NCBI GenBank assembly: GCA_964016885.1
Contig: OZ024741.1
Span: 209,560,001 to 209,624,000 of the forward strand
Direction of reading: 5' to 3'
Source of the DNA: Eledone cirrhosa
Taxonomy: Eukaryota
Length of the DNA: 64,000 bases
Shown here: piece by piece, positions 9,501-25,500 of the stretch
Numbering within the stretch: the stretch's first letter is position 1
Layout: each line of letters begins with the position of its first letter
The notes under the pieces: generated by a model
Seen by the model: only the letters and a program-made list of their open reading frames with translations
Told to the model about the DNA's origin: nothing
Databases searched by the model: none
Program-made: the position numbers and the translations under genes

Positions 9501-12500
9501 ACCGCAACTTAACTTAACCGCAACCTAACTTAACCCCAACTTAACTTAACCGCAACTTAACTTAACCGCAACTTAGCTTAACCCCAACCCTTGGTGGGAT
9601 CGATCTGTAATTACTGGTACATGTGCAGACACTCATTGGCTGTGTGTGGCCTGATTTTCAGAAAGATATCTCCGTAAAATAACGAGTGGTGGCTGCGTAA
9701 AATAATGAATTACGCACGAAAATGAGAAAATTTCGATTCTCGATTGTGGGCCGGCCGGATGTCGGATCGATTCGTAAATACAAGGATAATGTGCGGACAC
9801 TCCTTGGCTGTGTGCGGCATGATTTTCAGGACGATATCTCCGTAAAATCAAGAGTTGATAACCCCAACTTAACTTAACCCCAACTTAACTTAACCGCAAC
9901 TTAACTTAACCGCAACCTAACTTAACCCCAACTTAACTTAACCGCAACCTAACTTAACCCCAACTTAACTTAACCGCAACTTAACTTAACCCCAACCTAA
10001 CTTAACCCCAACTTAACTTAACCGCAACTTAACTTAACCGCAACCTAACTTAACCCTAACTTAACTTAACCGCAACTTAACTTAACCGCAACTTAGCTTA
10101 ACCCCAACCCTTGGTGGGATCGATCTGTAATTACTGGTACATGTGCAGACACTCATTGGCTGTGTGTGGCCTGATTTTCAGAAAGATATCTCCGTAAAAT
10201 AACGAGTGGTGGCTGCGTAAATTAATGAATTACGCACGAAAATGAGAAAATTTCGATTCTCGATCGTGGGCCGGCCGGATGTCGGATCGATTCGTAAATA
10301 CAAGGATAATGTGCGGACACTCCTTGCCTGTGTGCCGCATGATTTTCAGGACGATATCTCCGTAAAATCAAGAGTTGATAACCCCAACTTAACTTAACCC
10401 CAACTTAACTTAACCGCAACTTAACTGAACCGCAACCTAACTTAACCCCAACTTAACTTAACCGCAACCTAACTTAACCCCAACTTAACTTAACCGCAAC
10501 TTAACTTAACCCCAACCTAACTTAACTCCAACTTAACTTAACCGCAACTTAACTTAACCGCAACCTAACTTAACCCCAACTTAACTTAACCGCAACTTAA
10601 CTTAACCGCAACTTAGCTTAACCCCAACCCTTGGTGGAATCGATCTGTAATTACTGGTACATGTGCAGACACTCATTGGCCGTGTGTGGCCTGATTTTCA
10701 GAAAGATATCTCCGTAAAATAACGAGTGGTGGCTGCGTAAAATAATGAATTACGCACGAAAATGAGAAAATTTCGATTCTCGATCGTGGGCCGGCCGGAT
10801 GTCGGATCGATTCGTAAATACAAGGATAATGTGCGGACACTCCTTGGCTGTGTGCGGCATGATTTTCAGGACGATATCTCCGTAAAATCAAGAGTTGATA
10901 ACCCCAACTTGACTTAACCGCAACTTAACTTAACCGCAACCTAACTTAACCCTAACTTAACTTAACCGCAACTTAACTTAACCGCAACTTAGCTTAACCC
11001 CAACCCTTGGTGGGATCGATCTGTAATTACTGGTACATGTGCAGACACTCATTGGCTGTGTGTGGCCTGATTTTCAGAAAGATATCTCCGTAAAATAACG
11101 AGTGGTGGCTGCGTAAAATAATGAATTACGCACGAAAATGAGAAAATTTCGATTCTCGATCGTGGGCCGGCCGGATGTCGGATCGATTCGTAAATACAAG
11201 GATAATGTGCGGACACTCCTTGCCTGTGTGCCGCATGATTTTCAGGACGATATCTCCGTAAAATCAAGAGTTGATAACCCCAACTTAACTTAACCCCAAC
11301 TTAACTTAACCGCAACTTAACTTAACCGCAACCTAACTTAACCCCAACTTAACTTAACCGCAACCTAACTTAACCCCAACTTAACTTAACCGCAACTTAA
11401 CTTAACCCCAACCTAACTTAACCCCAACTTAACTTAACCGCAACTTAACTTAACCGCAACCTAACTTAACCCCAACTTAACTTAACCGCAACTTAACTTA
11501 ACCGCAACTTAGCTTAACCCCAACCCTTGGTGGGATCGATCTGTAATTACTGTAACATGTGCAGACACTCATTGGCTGTGTGTGGCCTGATTTTCAGAAA
11601 GATATCTCCGTAAAATAACGAGTGGTGGCTGCGTAAAATAATGAATTACGCACGAAAATGAGAAAATTTCGATTCTCGATCGTGGGCCGGCCGGATGTCG
11701 GATCGATTCGTAAATACAAGGATAATGTGCGGACACTCCTTGGCTGTGTGCGGCATGATTTTCAGGACGATATCTCCGTAAAATCAAGCGTTGATAACCC
11801 CAACTTAACTTAACCCCAACTTAACTTAACCGCAACTTAACTTAACCGCAACCTAACTTAACCCCAACTTAACTTAACCGCAACCTAACTTAACCCCAAC
11901 TTAACTTAACCGCAACTTAACTTAACCCCAACCTAACTTAACCCCAACTTAACTTAACCGCAACCTAACTTAACCCTAACTTAACTTAACCGCAACTTAA
12001 CTTAACCGCAACTTAGCTTAACCCCAACCCTTGGTGGGATCGATCTGTAATTACTGGTACATGTGCAGACACTCATTGGCTGTGTGTGGCCTGATTTTCA
12101 GAAAGATGTCTCCGTAAAATAACGAGTGGTGGCTGCGTAAATTAATGAATTACGCACGAAAATGAGAAAATTTCGATTCTCGATCGTGGGCCGGCCGGAT
12201 GTCGGATCGATTCGTAAATACAATGATAATGTGCGGACACTCCTTGCCTGTGTGCCGCATGATTTTCAGGACGATATCTCCGTAAAATCAAGAGTTGATA
12301 ACCCCAACTTAACTTAACCCCAACTTAACTTAACCGCAACTTAACTTAACCGCAACCTAACTTAACCCCAACTTAACTTAACCGCAACCTAACTTAACCC
12401 CAACTTAACTTAACCGCAACTTAACTTAACCCCAACCTAACTTAACCCCAACTTAACTTAACCGCAACTTAACTTAACCGCAACCTAACTTAACCCCAAC

Positions 12501-15500
12501 TTAACTTAACCGCAACTTAACTTAACCGCAACTTAGCTTAACCCCAACCCTTGGTGGGATCGATCTGTAATTACTGGTACATGTGCAGACACTCATTGGC
12601 TGTGTGTGGCCTGATTTTCAGAAAGATATCTCCGTAAAATAACGAGTGGTGGCTGCGTAAAATAATGAATTACGCACGAAAATGAGAAAATTTCGATTCT
12701 CGATCGTGGGCCGGCCGGATGTCGGATCGATTCGTAAATACAAGGATAATGTGCGGACACTCCTTGGCTGTGTGCGGCATGATTTTCAGGACGATATCTC
12801 CGTAAAATCAAGAGTTGATAACCCCAACTTAACTTAACCGCAACTTAACTTAACCGCAACCTAACTTAACCCCAACTTAACTTAACCGCAACTTAACTTA
12901 ACCGCAACTTAGCTTAACCCCAACCCTTGGTGGGATCGATCTGTAATTACTGGTACATGTGCAGACACTCATTGGCTGTGTGTGGCCTGATTTTCAGAAA
13001 GATATCTCCGTAAAATAACGAGTGGTGGCTGCGTAAAATAATGAATTACGCACGAAAATGAGAAAATTTCGATTCTCGATCGTGGGCCGGCCGGATGTCG
13101 GATCGATTCGTTAATACAAGGATAATGTGCGGACACTCCTTGCCTGTGTGCCGCATGATTTTCAGGACGATATCTCCGTAAAATCAAGAGTTGATAACCC
13201 CAACTTAACTTAACCCCAACTTAACTTAACCGCAACTTAACTTAACCGCAACCTAACTTAACCCCAACTTAACTTAACCGCAACCTAACTTAACCCCAAC
13301 TTAACTTAACCGCAACTTAACTTAACCCCAACCTAACTTAACCCCAACTTAACTTAACCGCAACTTAACTTAACCGCAACCTAACTTAACCCCAGCTTAA
13401 CTTAACCGCAACTTAACTTAACCGCAACTTAGCTTAACCCCAACTCTTGGTGGGATCGATCTGTAATTACTGGTACATGTGCAGACACTCATTGGCTGTG
13501 TGTGGCCTGATTTTCAGAAAGATATCTCCGTAAAATAACGAGTGGTGGCTGCGTAAAATAATGAATTACGCACGAAAATGAGAAAATTTCGATTCTCGAT
13601 CGTGGGCCGGCCGGATGTCGGATCGATTCGTAAATACAAGGATAATGTGCGGACACTCCTTGGCTGTGTGCGGCATGATTTTCAGGACGATATCTCCGTA
13701 AAATCAAGAGTTGATAACCCCAACTTAACTTAACCCCAACTTAACTTAACCGCAACTTAACTTAACCGCAACCTAACTTAACCCCAACTTAACTTAACCG
13801 CAACCTAACTTAACCCAAACTTAACTTAACCGCAACTTAACTTAACCCCAACCTAACTTAACCCCAACTTAACTTAACCGCAACTTAACTTAACCGCAAC
13901 CTAACTTAACCCCAACTTAACTTAACCGCAACTTAACCCCAACTTAGCTTAACCCCAACCCTTGGTGGGATCGATCTGTAATTACTGGTACATGTGCAGA
14001 CACTCATTGGCTGTGTGTGGCCTGATTTTTAGAAAGATATCTCCGTAAAATAACGAGTGGTGGCTGCGTAAAATAATGAATTACGCACGAAAATGAGAAA
14101 ATTTCGATTCTCGATCGTGGGCCGACCGGATGTCGGATCGATTCGTAAATACAAGGATAATGTGCGGACACTCCTTGGCTGTGTGCGGCATGATTTTCAG
14201 GACGATATCTCCGTAAAATCAAGAGTTGATAACCCCAACTTAACTTAACCCCAACTTAACTTAACCGCAACTTAACTTAACCGCAACCTAACTTAACCCC
14301 AACTTAACTTAACCGCAACCTAACTTAACCCCAACTTAACTTAACCGCAACTTAACTTAACCCCAACCTAACTTAACCCCAACTTAACTTAACCGCAACT
14401 TAACTTAACCGCAACCTAACTTAACCCCAACTTAACTTAACCGCAACTTAACTTAACCGCAACTTAGCTTAACCCCAACCCTTGGTGGGATCGATCTGTA
14501 ATTACTGGTACATGTGCAGACACTCATTGGCTGTGTGTGGCCTGATTTTCAGAAAGATATCTCCGTAAAATAACGAGTGGTGGCTGCGTAAAATAATGAA
14601 TTACGCACGAAAATGAGAAAATTTCGATTCTCGATCGTGGGCCGGCCGGATGTCGGATCGATTCGTAAATACAAGGATAATGTGCGGACACTCCTTGGCT
14701 GTGTGCGGCATGATTTTCAGGACGATATCTCCGTAAAATCAAGAGTTGATAACCCCAACTTAACTTAACCCCAACTTAACTTAACCGCAACTTAACTTAA
14801 CCGCAACCTAACTTAACCCCAACTTAACTTAACCGCAACCTAACTTAACCCAAACTTAACTTAACTTAACCCCAACCTAACTTAACCCCAACTTAACTTA
14901 ACCGCAACTTAACTTAACCGCAACCTAACTTAACCCCAACTTAACTTAACCGCAACTTAACCCCAACTTAGCTTAACCCCAACCCTTGGTGGGATCGATC
15001 TGTAATTACTGGTACATGTGCAGACACTCATTGGCTATGTGTGGCCTGATTTTTAGAAAGATATCTCCGTAAAATAACGAGTGGTGGCTGCGTAAAATAA
15101 TGAATTACGCACGAAAATGAGAAAATTTCGATTCTCGATCGTGGGCCGGCCGGATGTCGGATCGATTCGTAAATACAAGGATAATGTGCGGACACTCCTT
15201 GGCTGTGTGCGGCATGATTTTCAGGACGATATCTCCGTAAAATCAAGAGTTGATAACCCCAACTTAACTTAACCCCAACTTAACTTAACCGCAACTTTAC
15301 TTAACCGCAACCTAACTTAACCCCAACTTAACTTAACCGCAACCTAACTTAGCCCCAACTTAACTTAACCCCAACTTAACTTAACCCCAACCTAACTTAA
15401 CCCCAACTTAACTTAACCGCAACTTAACTTAACCGCAACCTAACTTAACCCCAACTTAAATTAACCGCAACTTAACTTAACCGCAACTTAGCTTAACCCC

Positions 15501-16579
15501 AACCCTTGGTGGGATCGATCTGTAATTACTGGTACATGTGCAGACACTCATTGGCTGTGTGTGGCCTGATTTTCAGAAAGATATCTCCGTAAAATAACGA
15601 GTGGTGGCTGCGTAAAATAATGAATTACGCACGAAAATGAGAAAATTTCGATTCTCGATCGTGGGCCGGCCGGATGTCGGATCGATTCGTAAATACAAGG
15701 ATAATGTGCGGACACTCCTTGGCTGTGTGCCGCATGATTTTCAGGACGATATCTCCGTAAAATCAAGAGTTGATAACCCCAACTTAACTTAACCCCAACT
15801 TAACTTAACCGCAACTTAACTTAACCGCAACCTAACTTAACCCCAACTTAACTTAACCGCAACCTAACTTAACCCCAACTTAACTTAACCGCAACTTAAC
15901 TTAACCCCAACTTAACTTAACCCCAACTTAACTTAACCGCAACTTAACTTAACCGCAACCTAACTTAACCCCAACTTAACTTAACCGCAACTTAACTTAA
16001 CCGCAACTTAGCTTAACCCCAACCCTTGGTGGGATCGATCTGTAATTACTGGTATATGTGCAGACACTCATTGGCTGTGTGTGGCCTGATTTTCAGAAAG
16101 ATATCTCCGTAAAATAACGAGTGGTGGCTGCGTAAAATAATGAATTACGCACGAAAATGAGAAAATTTCCATTCTCGATCGTGGGCCGGCCGGATGTCGG
16201 ATCGATTCGTAAATACAAGGATAATGTGCGGACACTCCTTGGCTGTGTGCGGCATGATTTTCAGGACGATATTTCCGTAAAATCAAGAGTTGATAACCCC
16301 AACTTAACTTAACCCCAACTTAACTTAACCCCAACTTAACTTAACCCCAACTTAACTTAACCGCAACTTAACTTAACCGCAACCTAACTTAACCCCAACT
16401 TAACTTAACCGCAACCTAACTTAACCACAACTTAACTTAACCGCAACTTAACTTAACCCCAACCTAACTTAACCCCAACTTAACTTAACCGCAACTTAAC
16501 TTAACCGCAACCTAACTTAACCCCAACTTAACTTAACCGCAACTTAACTTAACCGCAACTTAGCTTAACCCCAACCCTT

Positions 16580-19500
16580 GGTGCGATCGATCTGTAATTA
16601 CTGGTACATGTGCAGACACTCATTGGCTGTGTGTGGCCTGATTTTCAGAAAGATATCTCCGTAAAATAACGAGTGGTGGCTGCGTAAAATAATGAATTAC
16701 ACACGAAAATGAGAAAATTTCGATTCTCGATCGTGGGCCGGCCGGATGTCGGATCGATTCGTAAATACAAGGATAATGTGCGGACACTCCTTGGCTGTGT
16801 GCGGCATGATTTTCAGGACGATATCTCCGTAAAATCAAGAGTTGATAACCCCAACTTAACTTAACCCCAACTTAACTTAACCCCAACTTAACTTAACCGC
16901 AACCTAACTTAACCCCAACTTAACTTAACCCCAACCTAACTTAACCCCAACTTAACTTAACCGCAACTTAACTTAACCGCAACCTAACTTAACCCCAGCT
17001 TAACTTAACCGCAACTTAACTTAACCGCAACTTAGCTTAACCCCAACTCTTGGTGGGATCGATCTGTAATTACTGGTACATGTGCAGACACTCATTGGCT
17101 GTGTGTGGCCTGATTTTCAGAAAGATATCTCCGTAAAATAACGAGTGGTGGCTGCGTAAAATAATGAATTACGCACGAAAATGAGAAAATTTCGATTCTC
17201 GATCGTGGGCCGGCCGGATGTCGGATCGATTCGTAAATACAAGGATAATGTGCGGACACTCCTTGGCTGTGTGCGGCATGATTTTCAGGACGATATCTCC
17301 GTAAAATCAAGAGTTGATAACCCCAACTTAACTTAACCGCAACTTAACTTAACCGCAACCTAACTTAACCCCAACTTAACTTAACTGCAACCTAACTTAA
17401 CCCAAACTTAACTTAACCGCAACTTAACTTAACCCCAACCTAACTTAACCCCAACTTAACTTAACCGCAACTTAACTTAACCGCAACCTAACTTAACCCC
17501 AACTTAACTTAACCGCAACTTAACCCCAACTTAGCTTAACCCCAACCCTTGGTGGGATCGATCTGTAATTACTGGTACATGTGCAGACACTCATTGGCTG
17601 TGTGTGGCCTGATTTTTAGAAAGATATCTCCGTAAAATAACGAGTGGTGGCTGCGTAAAATAATGAATTACGCACGAAAATGAGAAAATTTCGATTCTCG
17701 ATCGTGGGCCGGCCGGATGTCGGATCGATTCGTAAATACAAGGATAATGTGCGGACACTCCTTGGCTGTGTGCGGCATGATTTTCAGGACGATATCTCCG
17801 TAAAATCAAGAGTTGATAACCCCAACTAAACTTAACCCCAACTTAACTTAACCGCAACTTTACTTAACCGCAACCTAACTTAACCCCAACTTAACTTAAC
17901 CGCAACCTAACTTAACCCCAACTTAACTTAACCGCAACTTAACTTAACCCCAACCTAAATTAACTCCAACTTAACTTAACCGCAACTTAACTTAACCGCA
18001 ACCTAACTTAACCCCAACTTAATTTAACCGCAACTTAACTTAACCGCAACTTAGCTTAACCCCAGCCCTTGGTGGGATCGATCTGTAATTACTGGTACAT
18101 GTGCAGACACTCATTGGCTGTGTGTGGCCTGATTTTCAGAAAGATATCTCCGTAAAATAACGAGTGGTGGCTGCGTAAAATAATGAATTACGCACGAAAA
18201 TGAGAAAATTTCGATTCTCAATCGTGGGCCGGCCGGATGTCGCATCGATTCGTAAATAGAAGGATAATGTGCGGACACTCCTTGGCTGTGTGCGGCATGA
18301 TTTTCAGGACGATATTTCCGTAAAATCAAGAGTTGATAACCCCAACTTAACTTAACCCCAACTTAACTTAACCCCAACTTAACTTAACCCCAACTTAACT
18401 TAACCGCAACTTAACTTAACCGCAACCTAACTTAACCCCAACTTAACTTAACCGCAACCTAACTTAACCACAACTTAACTTAACCGCAACTTAACTTAAC
18501 CCCAACCTAACTTAACCCCAACTTAACTTAACCGCAACTTAACTTAACCGCAACCTAACTTAACCCCAACTTAACTTAACCGCAACTTAACTTAACCGCA
18601 ACTTAGCTTAACCCCAACCCTTGGTGGGATCGATCTGTAATTACTGGTACATGTGCAGACACTCATTGGCTGTGTGTGGCCTGATTTTCAGAAAGATATC
18701 TCCGTAAAATAACGAGTGGTGGCTGCGTAAAATAATGAATTACACACGAAAATGAGAAAATTTCGATTCTCGATCGTGGGCCGGCCGGATGTCGGATCGA
18801 TTCGTAAATACAAGGATAATGTGCGGACACTCCTTGGCTGTGTGCGGCATGATTTTCAGGACGATATCTCCGTAAAATCAAGAGTTGATAACCCCAACTT
18901 AACTTAACCCCAACTTAACTTAACCGCAACTTAACTTAACCGCAACCTAACTTAACCCCAACTTAACTTAACCGCAACCTAACTTAACCCCAACTTAACT
19001 TAACCGCAACTTAACTTAACCCCAACCTAACTTAACCCCAACTTAACTTAACCGCAACTTAACTTAACCGCAACCTAACTTAACCCTAACTTAACTTAAC
19101 CGCAACTTAACTTAACCGCAACTTAGCTTAACCCCAACCCTTGGTGGGATCGATCTGTAATTACTGGTACATGTGCAGACACTCATTGGCTGTGTGTGGC
19201 CTGATTTTCAGAAAGATATCTCCGTAAAATAACGAGTGGTGGCTGCGTAAATTAATGAATTACGCACGAAAATGAGAAAATTTCGATTCTCGATCGTGGG
19301 CCGGCCGGATGTCGGATCGATTCGTAAATACAAGGATAATGTGCGGACACTCCTTGCCTGTGTGCCGCATGATTTTCAGGACGATATCTCCGTAAAATCA
19401 AGAGTTGATAACCCCAACTTAACTTAACCCCAACTTAACTTAACCGCAACTTAACTGAACCGCAACCTAACTTAACCCCAACTTAACTTAACCGCAACCT

Positions 19501-22500
19501 AACTTAACCCCAACTTAACTTAACCGCAACTTAACTTAACCCCAACCTAACTTAACTCCAACTTAACTTAACCGCAACTTAACTTAACCGCAACCTAACT
19601 TAACCCCAACTTAACTTAACCGCAACTTAACTTAACCGCAACTTAGCTTAACCCCAACCCTTGGTGGGATCGATCTGTAATTACTGGTACATGTGCAGAC
19701 ACTCATTGGCTGTGTGTGGCCTGATTTTCAGAAAGATATCTCCGTAAAATAACGAGTGGTGGCTGCGTAAATAATGAATTACGCACGAAAATGAGAAAGT
19801 TTCGATTCTCGATCGTGGGCCGGCCGGATGTCGGATCGATTCGTAAATACAAGGATAATGTGCGGACACTCCTTGGCTGTGTGCGGCATGATTTTCAGGA
19901 CGATATCTCCGTAAAATCAAGAGTTGATAACCCCAACTTGACTTAACCGCAACTTAACTTAACCGCAACCTAACTTAACCCTAACTTAACTTAACCGCAA
20001 CTTAACTTAACCGCAACTTAGCTTAACCCCAACCCTTGGTGGGATCGATCTGTAATTACTGGTACATGTGCAGACACTCATTGGCTGTGTGTGGCCTGAT
20101 TTTCAGAAAGATATCTCCGTAAAATAACGAGTGGTGGCTGCGTAAAATAATGAATTACGCACGAAAATGAGAAAATTTCGATTCTCGATCGTGGGCCGGC
20201 CGGATGTCGGATCGATTCGTAAATACAAGGATAATGTGCGGACACTCCTTGCCTGTGTGCCGCATGATTTTCAGGACGATTTCTCCGTAAAATCAAGAGT
20301 TGATAACCCCAACTTAACTTAACCCCAACTTAACTTAACCGCAACTTAACTTAACCGCAACCTAACTTAACCCCAACTTAACTTAACCGCAACCTAACTT
20401 AACCCCAACTTAACTTAACCGCAACTTAACTTAACCCCAACCTAACTTAACCCCAACTTAACTTAACCGCAACTTAACTTAACCGCAACCTAACTTAACC
20501 CCAACTTAACTTAACCGCAACTTAACTTAACCGCAACTTAGCTTAACCCCAACCCTTGGTGGGATCGATCTGTAATTACTGGTACATGTGCAGACACTCA
20601 TTGGCTGTGTGTGGCCTGATTTTCAGAAAGATATCTCCGTAAAATAACGAGTGGTGGCTGCGTAAAATAATGAATTACGCACGAAAATGAGAAAATTTCG
20701 ATTCTCGATCGTGGGCCGGCCGGATGTCGGATCGATTCGTAAATACAAGGATAATGTGCGGACACTCCTTGGCTGTGTGCGGCATGATTTTCAGGACGAT
20801 ATCTCCGTAAAATCAAGCGTTGATAACCCCAACTTAACTTAACCCCAACTTAACTTAACCGCAACTTAACTTAACCGCAACCTAACTTAACCCCAACTTA
20901 ACTTAACCGCAACCTAACTTAACCCCAACTTAACTTAACCGCAACTTAACTTAACCCCAACCTAACTTAACCCCAACTTAACTTAACCGCAACTTAACTT
21001 AACCGCAACCTAACTTAACCCTAACTTAACCGCAACTTAACTTAACCGCAACTTAGCTTAACCCCAACCCTTGGTGGGATCGATCTGTAATTACTGGTAC
21101 ATGTGCAGACACTCATTGGCTGTGTGTGGCCTGATTTTCAGAAAGATGTCTCCGTAAAATAACGAGTGGTGGCTGCGTAAATTAATGAATTACGCACGAA
21201 AATGAGAAAATTTCGATTCTCGATCGTGGGCCGGCCGGATGTCGGATCGATTCGTAAATACAATGATAATGTGCGGACACTCCTTGCCTGTGTGCCGCAT
21301 GATTTTCAGGACGATATCTCCGTAAAATCAAGAGTTGATAACCCCAACTTAACTTAACCCCAACTTAACTTAACCGCAACTTAACTTAACCGCAACCTAA
21401 CTTAACCCCAACTTAACTTAACCGCAACCTAACTTAACCCCAACTTAACTTAACCGCAACTTAACTTAACCCCAACCTAACTTAACCCCAACTTAACTTA
21501 ACCGCAACTTAACTTAACCGCAACCTAACTTAACCCCAACTTAACTTAACCGCAACTTAACTTAACCGCAACTTAGCTTAACCCCAACCCTTGGTGCGAT
21601 CGATCTGTAATTACTGGTACATGTGCAGACACTCATTGGCTGTGTGTGGCCTGATTTTCAGAAAGATATCTCCGTAAAATAACGAGTGGTGGCTGCGTAA
21701 AATAATGAATTACACACGAAAATGAGAAAATTTCGATTCTCGATCGTGGGCCGGCCGGATGTCGGATCGATTCGTAAATACAAGGATAATGTGCGGACAC
21801 TCCTTGGCTGTGTGCGGCATGATTTTCAGGACGATATTTCCGTAAAATCAAGAGTTGATAACCCCAACTTAACTTAACCCCAACTTAACTTAACCCCAAC
21901 TTAACTTAACCGCAACCTAACTTAACCCCAACTTAACTTAACCCCAACCTAACTTAACCCCAACTTAACTTAACCGCAACTTAACTTAACCGCAACCTAA
22001 CTTAACCCCAGCTTAACTTAACCGCAACTTAACTTAACCGCAACTTAGCTTAACCCCAACTCTTGGTGGGATCGATCTGTAATTACTGGTACATGTGCAG
22101 ACACTCATTGGCTGTGTGTGGCCTGATTTTCAGAAAGATATCTCCGTAAAATAACGAGTGGTGGCTGCGTAAAATAATGAATTACGCACGAAAATGAGAA
22201 AATTTCGATTCTCGATCGTGGGCCGGCCGGATGTCGGATCGATTCGTAAATACAAGGATAATGTGCGGACACTCCTTGGCTGTGTGCGGCATGATTTTCA
22301 GGACGATATCTCCGTAAAATCAAGAGTTGATAACCCCAACTTAACTTAACCGCAACTTAACTTAACCGCAACCTAACTTAACCCCAACTTAACTTAACTG
22401 CAACCTAACTTAACCCAAACTTAACTTAACCGCAACTTAACTTAACCCCAACCTAACTTAACCCCAACTTAACTTAACCGCAACTTAACTTAACCGCAAC

Positions 22501-25500
22501 CTAACTTAACCCCAACTTAACTTAACCGCAACTTAACCCCAACTTAGCTTAACCCCAACCCTTGGTGGGATCGATCTGTAATTACTGGTACATGTGCAGA
22601 CACTCATTGGCTGTGTGTGGCCTGATTTTTAGAAAGATATCTCCGTAAAATAACGAGTGGTGGCTGCGTAAAATAATGAATTACGCACGAAAATGAGAAA
22701 ATTTCGATTCTCGATCGTGGGCCGGCCGGATGTCGGATCGATTCGTAAATACAAGGATAATGTGCGGACACTCCTTGGCTGTGTGCGGCATGATTTTCAG
22801 GACGATATCTCCGTAAAATCAAGAGTTGATAACCCCAACTAAACTTAACCCCAACTTAACTTAACCGCAACTTTACTTAACCGCAACCTAACTTAACCCC
22901 AACTTAACTTAACCGCAACCTAACTTAACCCCAACTTAACTTAACCGCAACTTAACTTAACCCCAACCTAAATTAACTCCAACTTAACTTAACCGCAACT
23001 TAACTTAACCGCAACCTAACTTAACCCCAACTTAATTTAACCGCAACTTAACTTAACCGCAACTTAGCTTAACCCCAGCCCTTGGTGGGATCGATCTGTA
23101 ATTACTGGTACATGTGCAGACACTCATTGGCTGTGTGTGGCCTGATTTTCAGAAAGATATCTCCGTAAAATAACGAGTGGTGGCTGCGTAAAATAATGAA
23201 TTACGCACGAAAATGAGAAAATTTCGATTCTCAATCGTGGGCCGGCCGGATGTCGCATCGATTCGTAAATAGAAGGATAATGTGCGGACACTCCTTGGCT
23301 GTGTGCGGCATGATTTTCAGGACGATATTTCCGTAAAATCAAGAGTTGATAACCCCAACTTAACTTAACCCCAACTTAACTTAACCCCAACTTAACTTAA
23401 CCCCAACTTAACTTAACCGCAACTTAACTTAACCGCAACCTAACTTAACCCCAACTTAACTTAACCGCAACCTAACTTAACCACAACTTAACTTAACCGC
23501 AACTTAACTTAACCCCAACCTAACTTAACCCCAACTTAACTTAACCGCAACTTAACTTAACCGCAACCTAACTTAACCCCAACTTAACTTAACCGCAACT
23601 TAACTTAACCGCAACTTAGCTTAACCCCAACCCTTGGTGGGATCGATCTGTAATTACTGGTACATGTGCAGACACTCATTGGCTGTGTGTGGCCTGATTT
23701 TCAGAAAGATATCTCCGTAAAATAACGAGTGGTGGCTGCGTAAAATAATGAATTACGCACGAAAATGAGAAAATTTCGATTCTCGATTGTGGGCCGGCCG
23801 GATGTCGGATCGATTCGTAAATACAAGGATAATGTGCGGACACTCCTTGGCTGTGTGCGGCATGATTTTCAGGACGATATCTCCGTAAAATCAAGAGTTG
23901 ATAACCCCAACTTAACTTAACCCCAACTTAACTTAACCGCAACTTAACTTAACCGCAACCTAACTTAACCCCAACTTAACTTAACCGCAACCTAACTTAA
24001 CCCCAACTTAACTTAACCGCAACTTAACTTAACCCCAACCTAACTTAACCCCAACTTAACTTAACCGCAACTTAACTTAACCGCAACCTAACTTAACCCT
24101 AACTTAACTTAACCGCAACTTAACTTAACCGCAACTTAGCTTAACCCCAACCCTTGGTGGGATCGATCTGTAATTACTGGTACATGTGCAGACACTCATT
24201 GGCTGTGTGTGGCCTGATTTTCAGAAAGATATCTCCGTAAAATAACGAGTGGTGGCTGCGTAAATTAATGAATTACGCACGAAAATGAGAAAATTTCGAT
24301 TCTCGATCGTGGGCCGGCCGGATGTCGGATCGATTCGTAAATACAAGGATAATGTGCGGACACTCCTTGCCTGTGTGCCGCATGATTTTCAGGACGATAT
24401 CTCCGTAAAATCAAGAGTTGATAACCCCAACTTAACTTAACCCCAACTTAACTTAACCGCAACTTAACTGAACCGCAACCTAACTTAACCCCAACTTAAC
24501 TTAACCGCAACCTAACTTAACCCCAACTTAACTTAACCGCAACTTAACTTAACCCCAACCTAACTTAACTCCAACTTAACTTAACCGCAACTTAACTTAA
24601 CCGCAACCTAACTTAACCCCAACTTAACTTAACCGCAACTTAACTTAACCGCAACTTAGCTTAACCCCAACCCTTGGTGGGATCGATCTGTAATTACTGG
24701 TACATGTGCAGACACTCATTGGCTGTGTGTGGCCTGATTTTCAGAAAGATATCTCCGTAAAATAACGAGTGGTGGCTGCGTAAATAATGAATTACGCACG
24801 AAAATGAGAAAGTTTCGATTCTCGATCGTGGGCCGGCCGGATGTCGGATCGATTCGTAAATACAAGGATAATGTGCGGACACTCCTTGGCTGTGTGCGGC
24901 ATGATTTTCAGGACGATATCTCCGTAAAATCAAGAGTTGATAACCCCAACTTGACTTAACCGCAACTTAACTTAACCGCAACCTAACTTAACCCTAACTT
25001 AACTTAACCGCAACTTAACTTAACCGCAACTTAGCTTAACCCCAACCCTTGGTGGGATCGATCTGTAATTACTGGTACATGTGCAGACACTCATTGGCTG
25101 TGTGTGGCCTGATTTTCAGAAAGATATCTCCGTAAAATAACGAGTGGTGGCTGCGTAAAATAATGAATTACGCACGAAAATGAGAAAATTTCGATTCTCG
25201 ATCGTGGGCCGGCCGGATGTCGGATCGATTCGTAAATACAAGGATAATGTGCGGACACTCCTTGCCTGTGTGCCGCATGATTTTCAGGACGATTTCTCCG
25301 TAAAATCAAGAGTTGATAACCCCAACTTAACTTAACCCCAACTTAACTTAACCGCAACTTAACTTAACCGCAACCTAACTTAACCCCAACTTAACTTAAC
25401 CGCAACCTAACTTAACCCCAACTTAACTTAACCGCAACTTAACTTAACCCCAACCTAACTTAACCCCAACTTAACTTAACCGCAACTTAACTTAACCGCA

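Larger units (their letters stand above)
1..17940. repeat. 9534-bp (19-monomer) higher-order duplication: ~1-8400 repeated at ~9535-17940
   Basis: Core positions match at +9534 (99/9633, 1139/10673, 4470/14004, 8057/17591). Private variants are shared: TGGAATCG (~1103/10637), CTGTAACATG (~2018/11552), GGCCGACCGG (~4591/14125), GGCTATGTG (~5503/15037). Confidence 0.92.
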
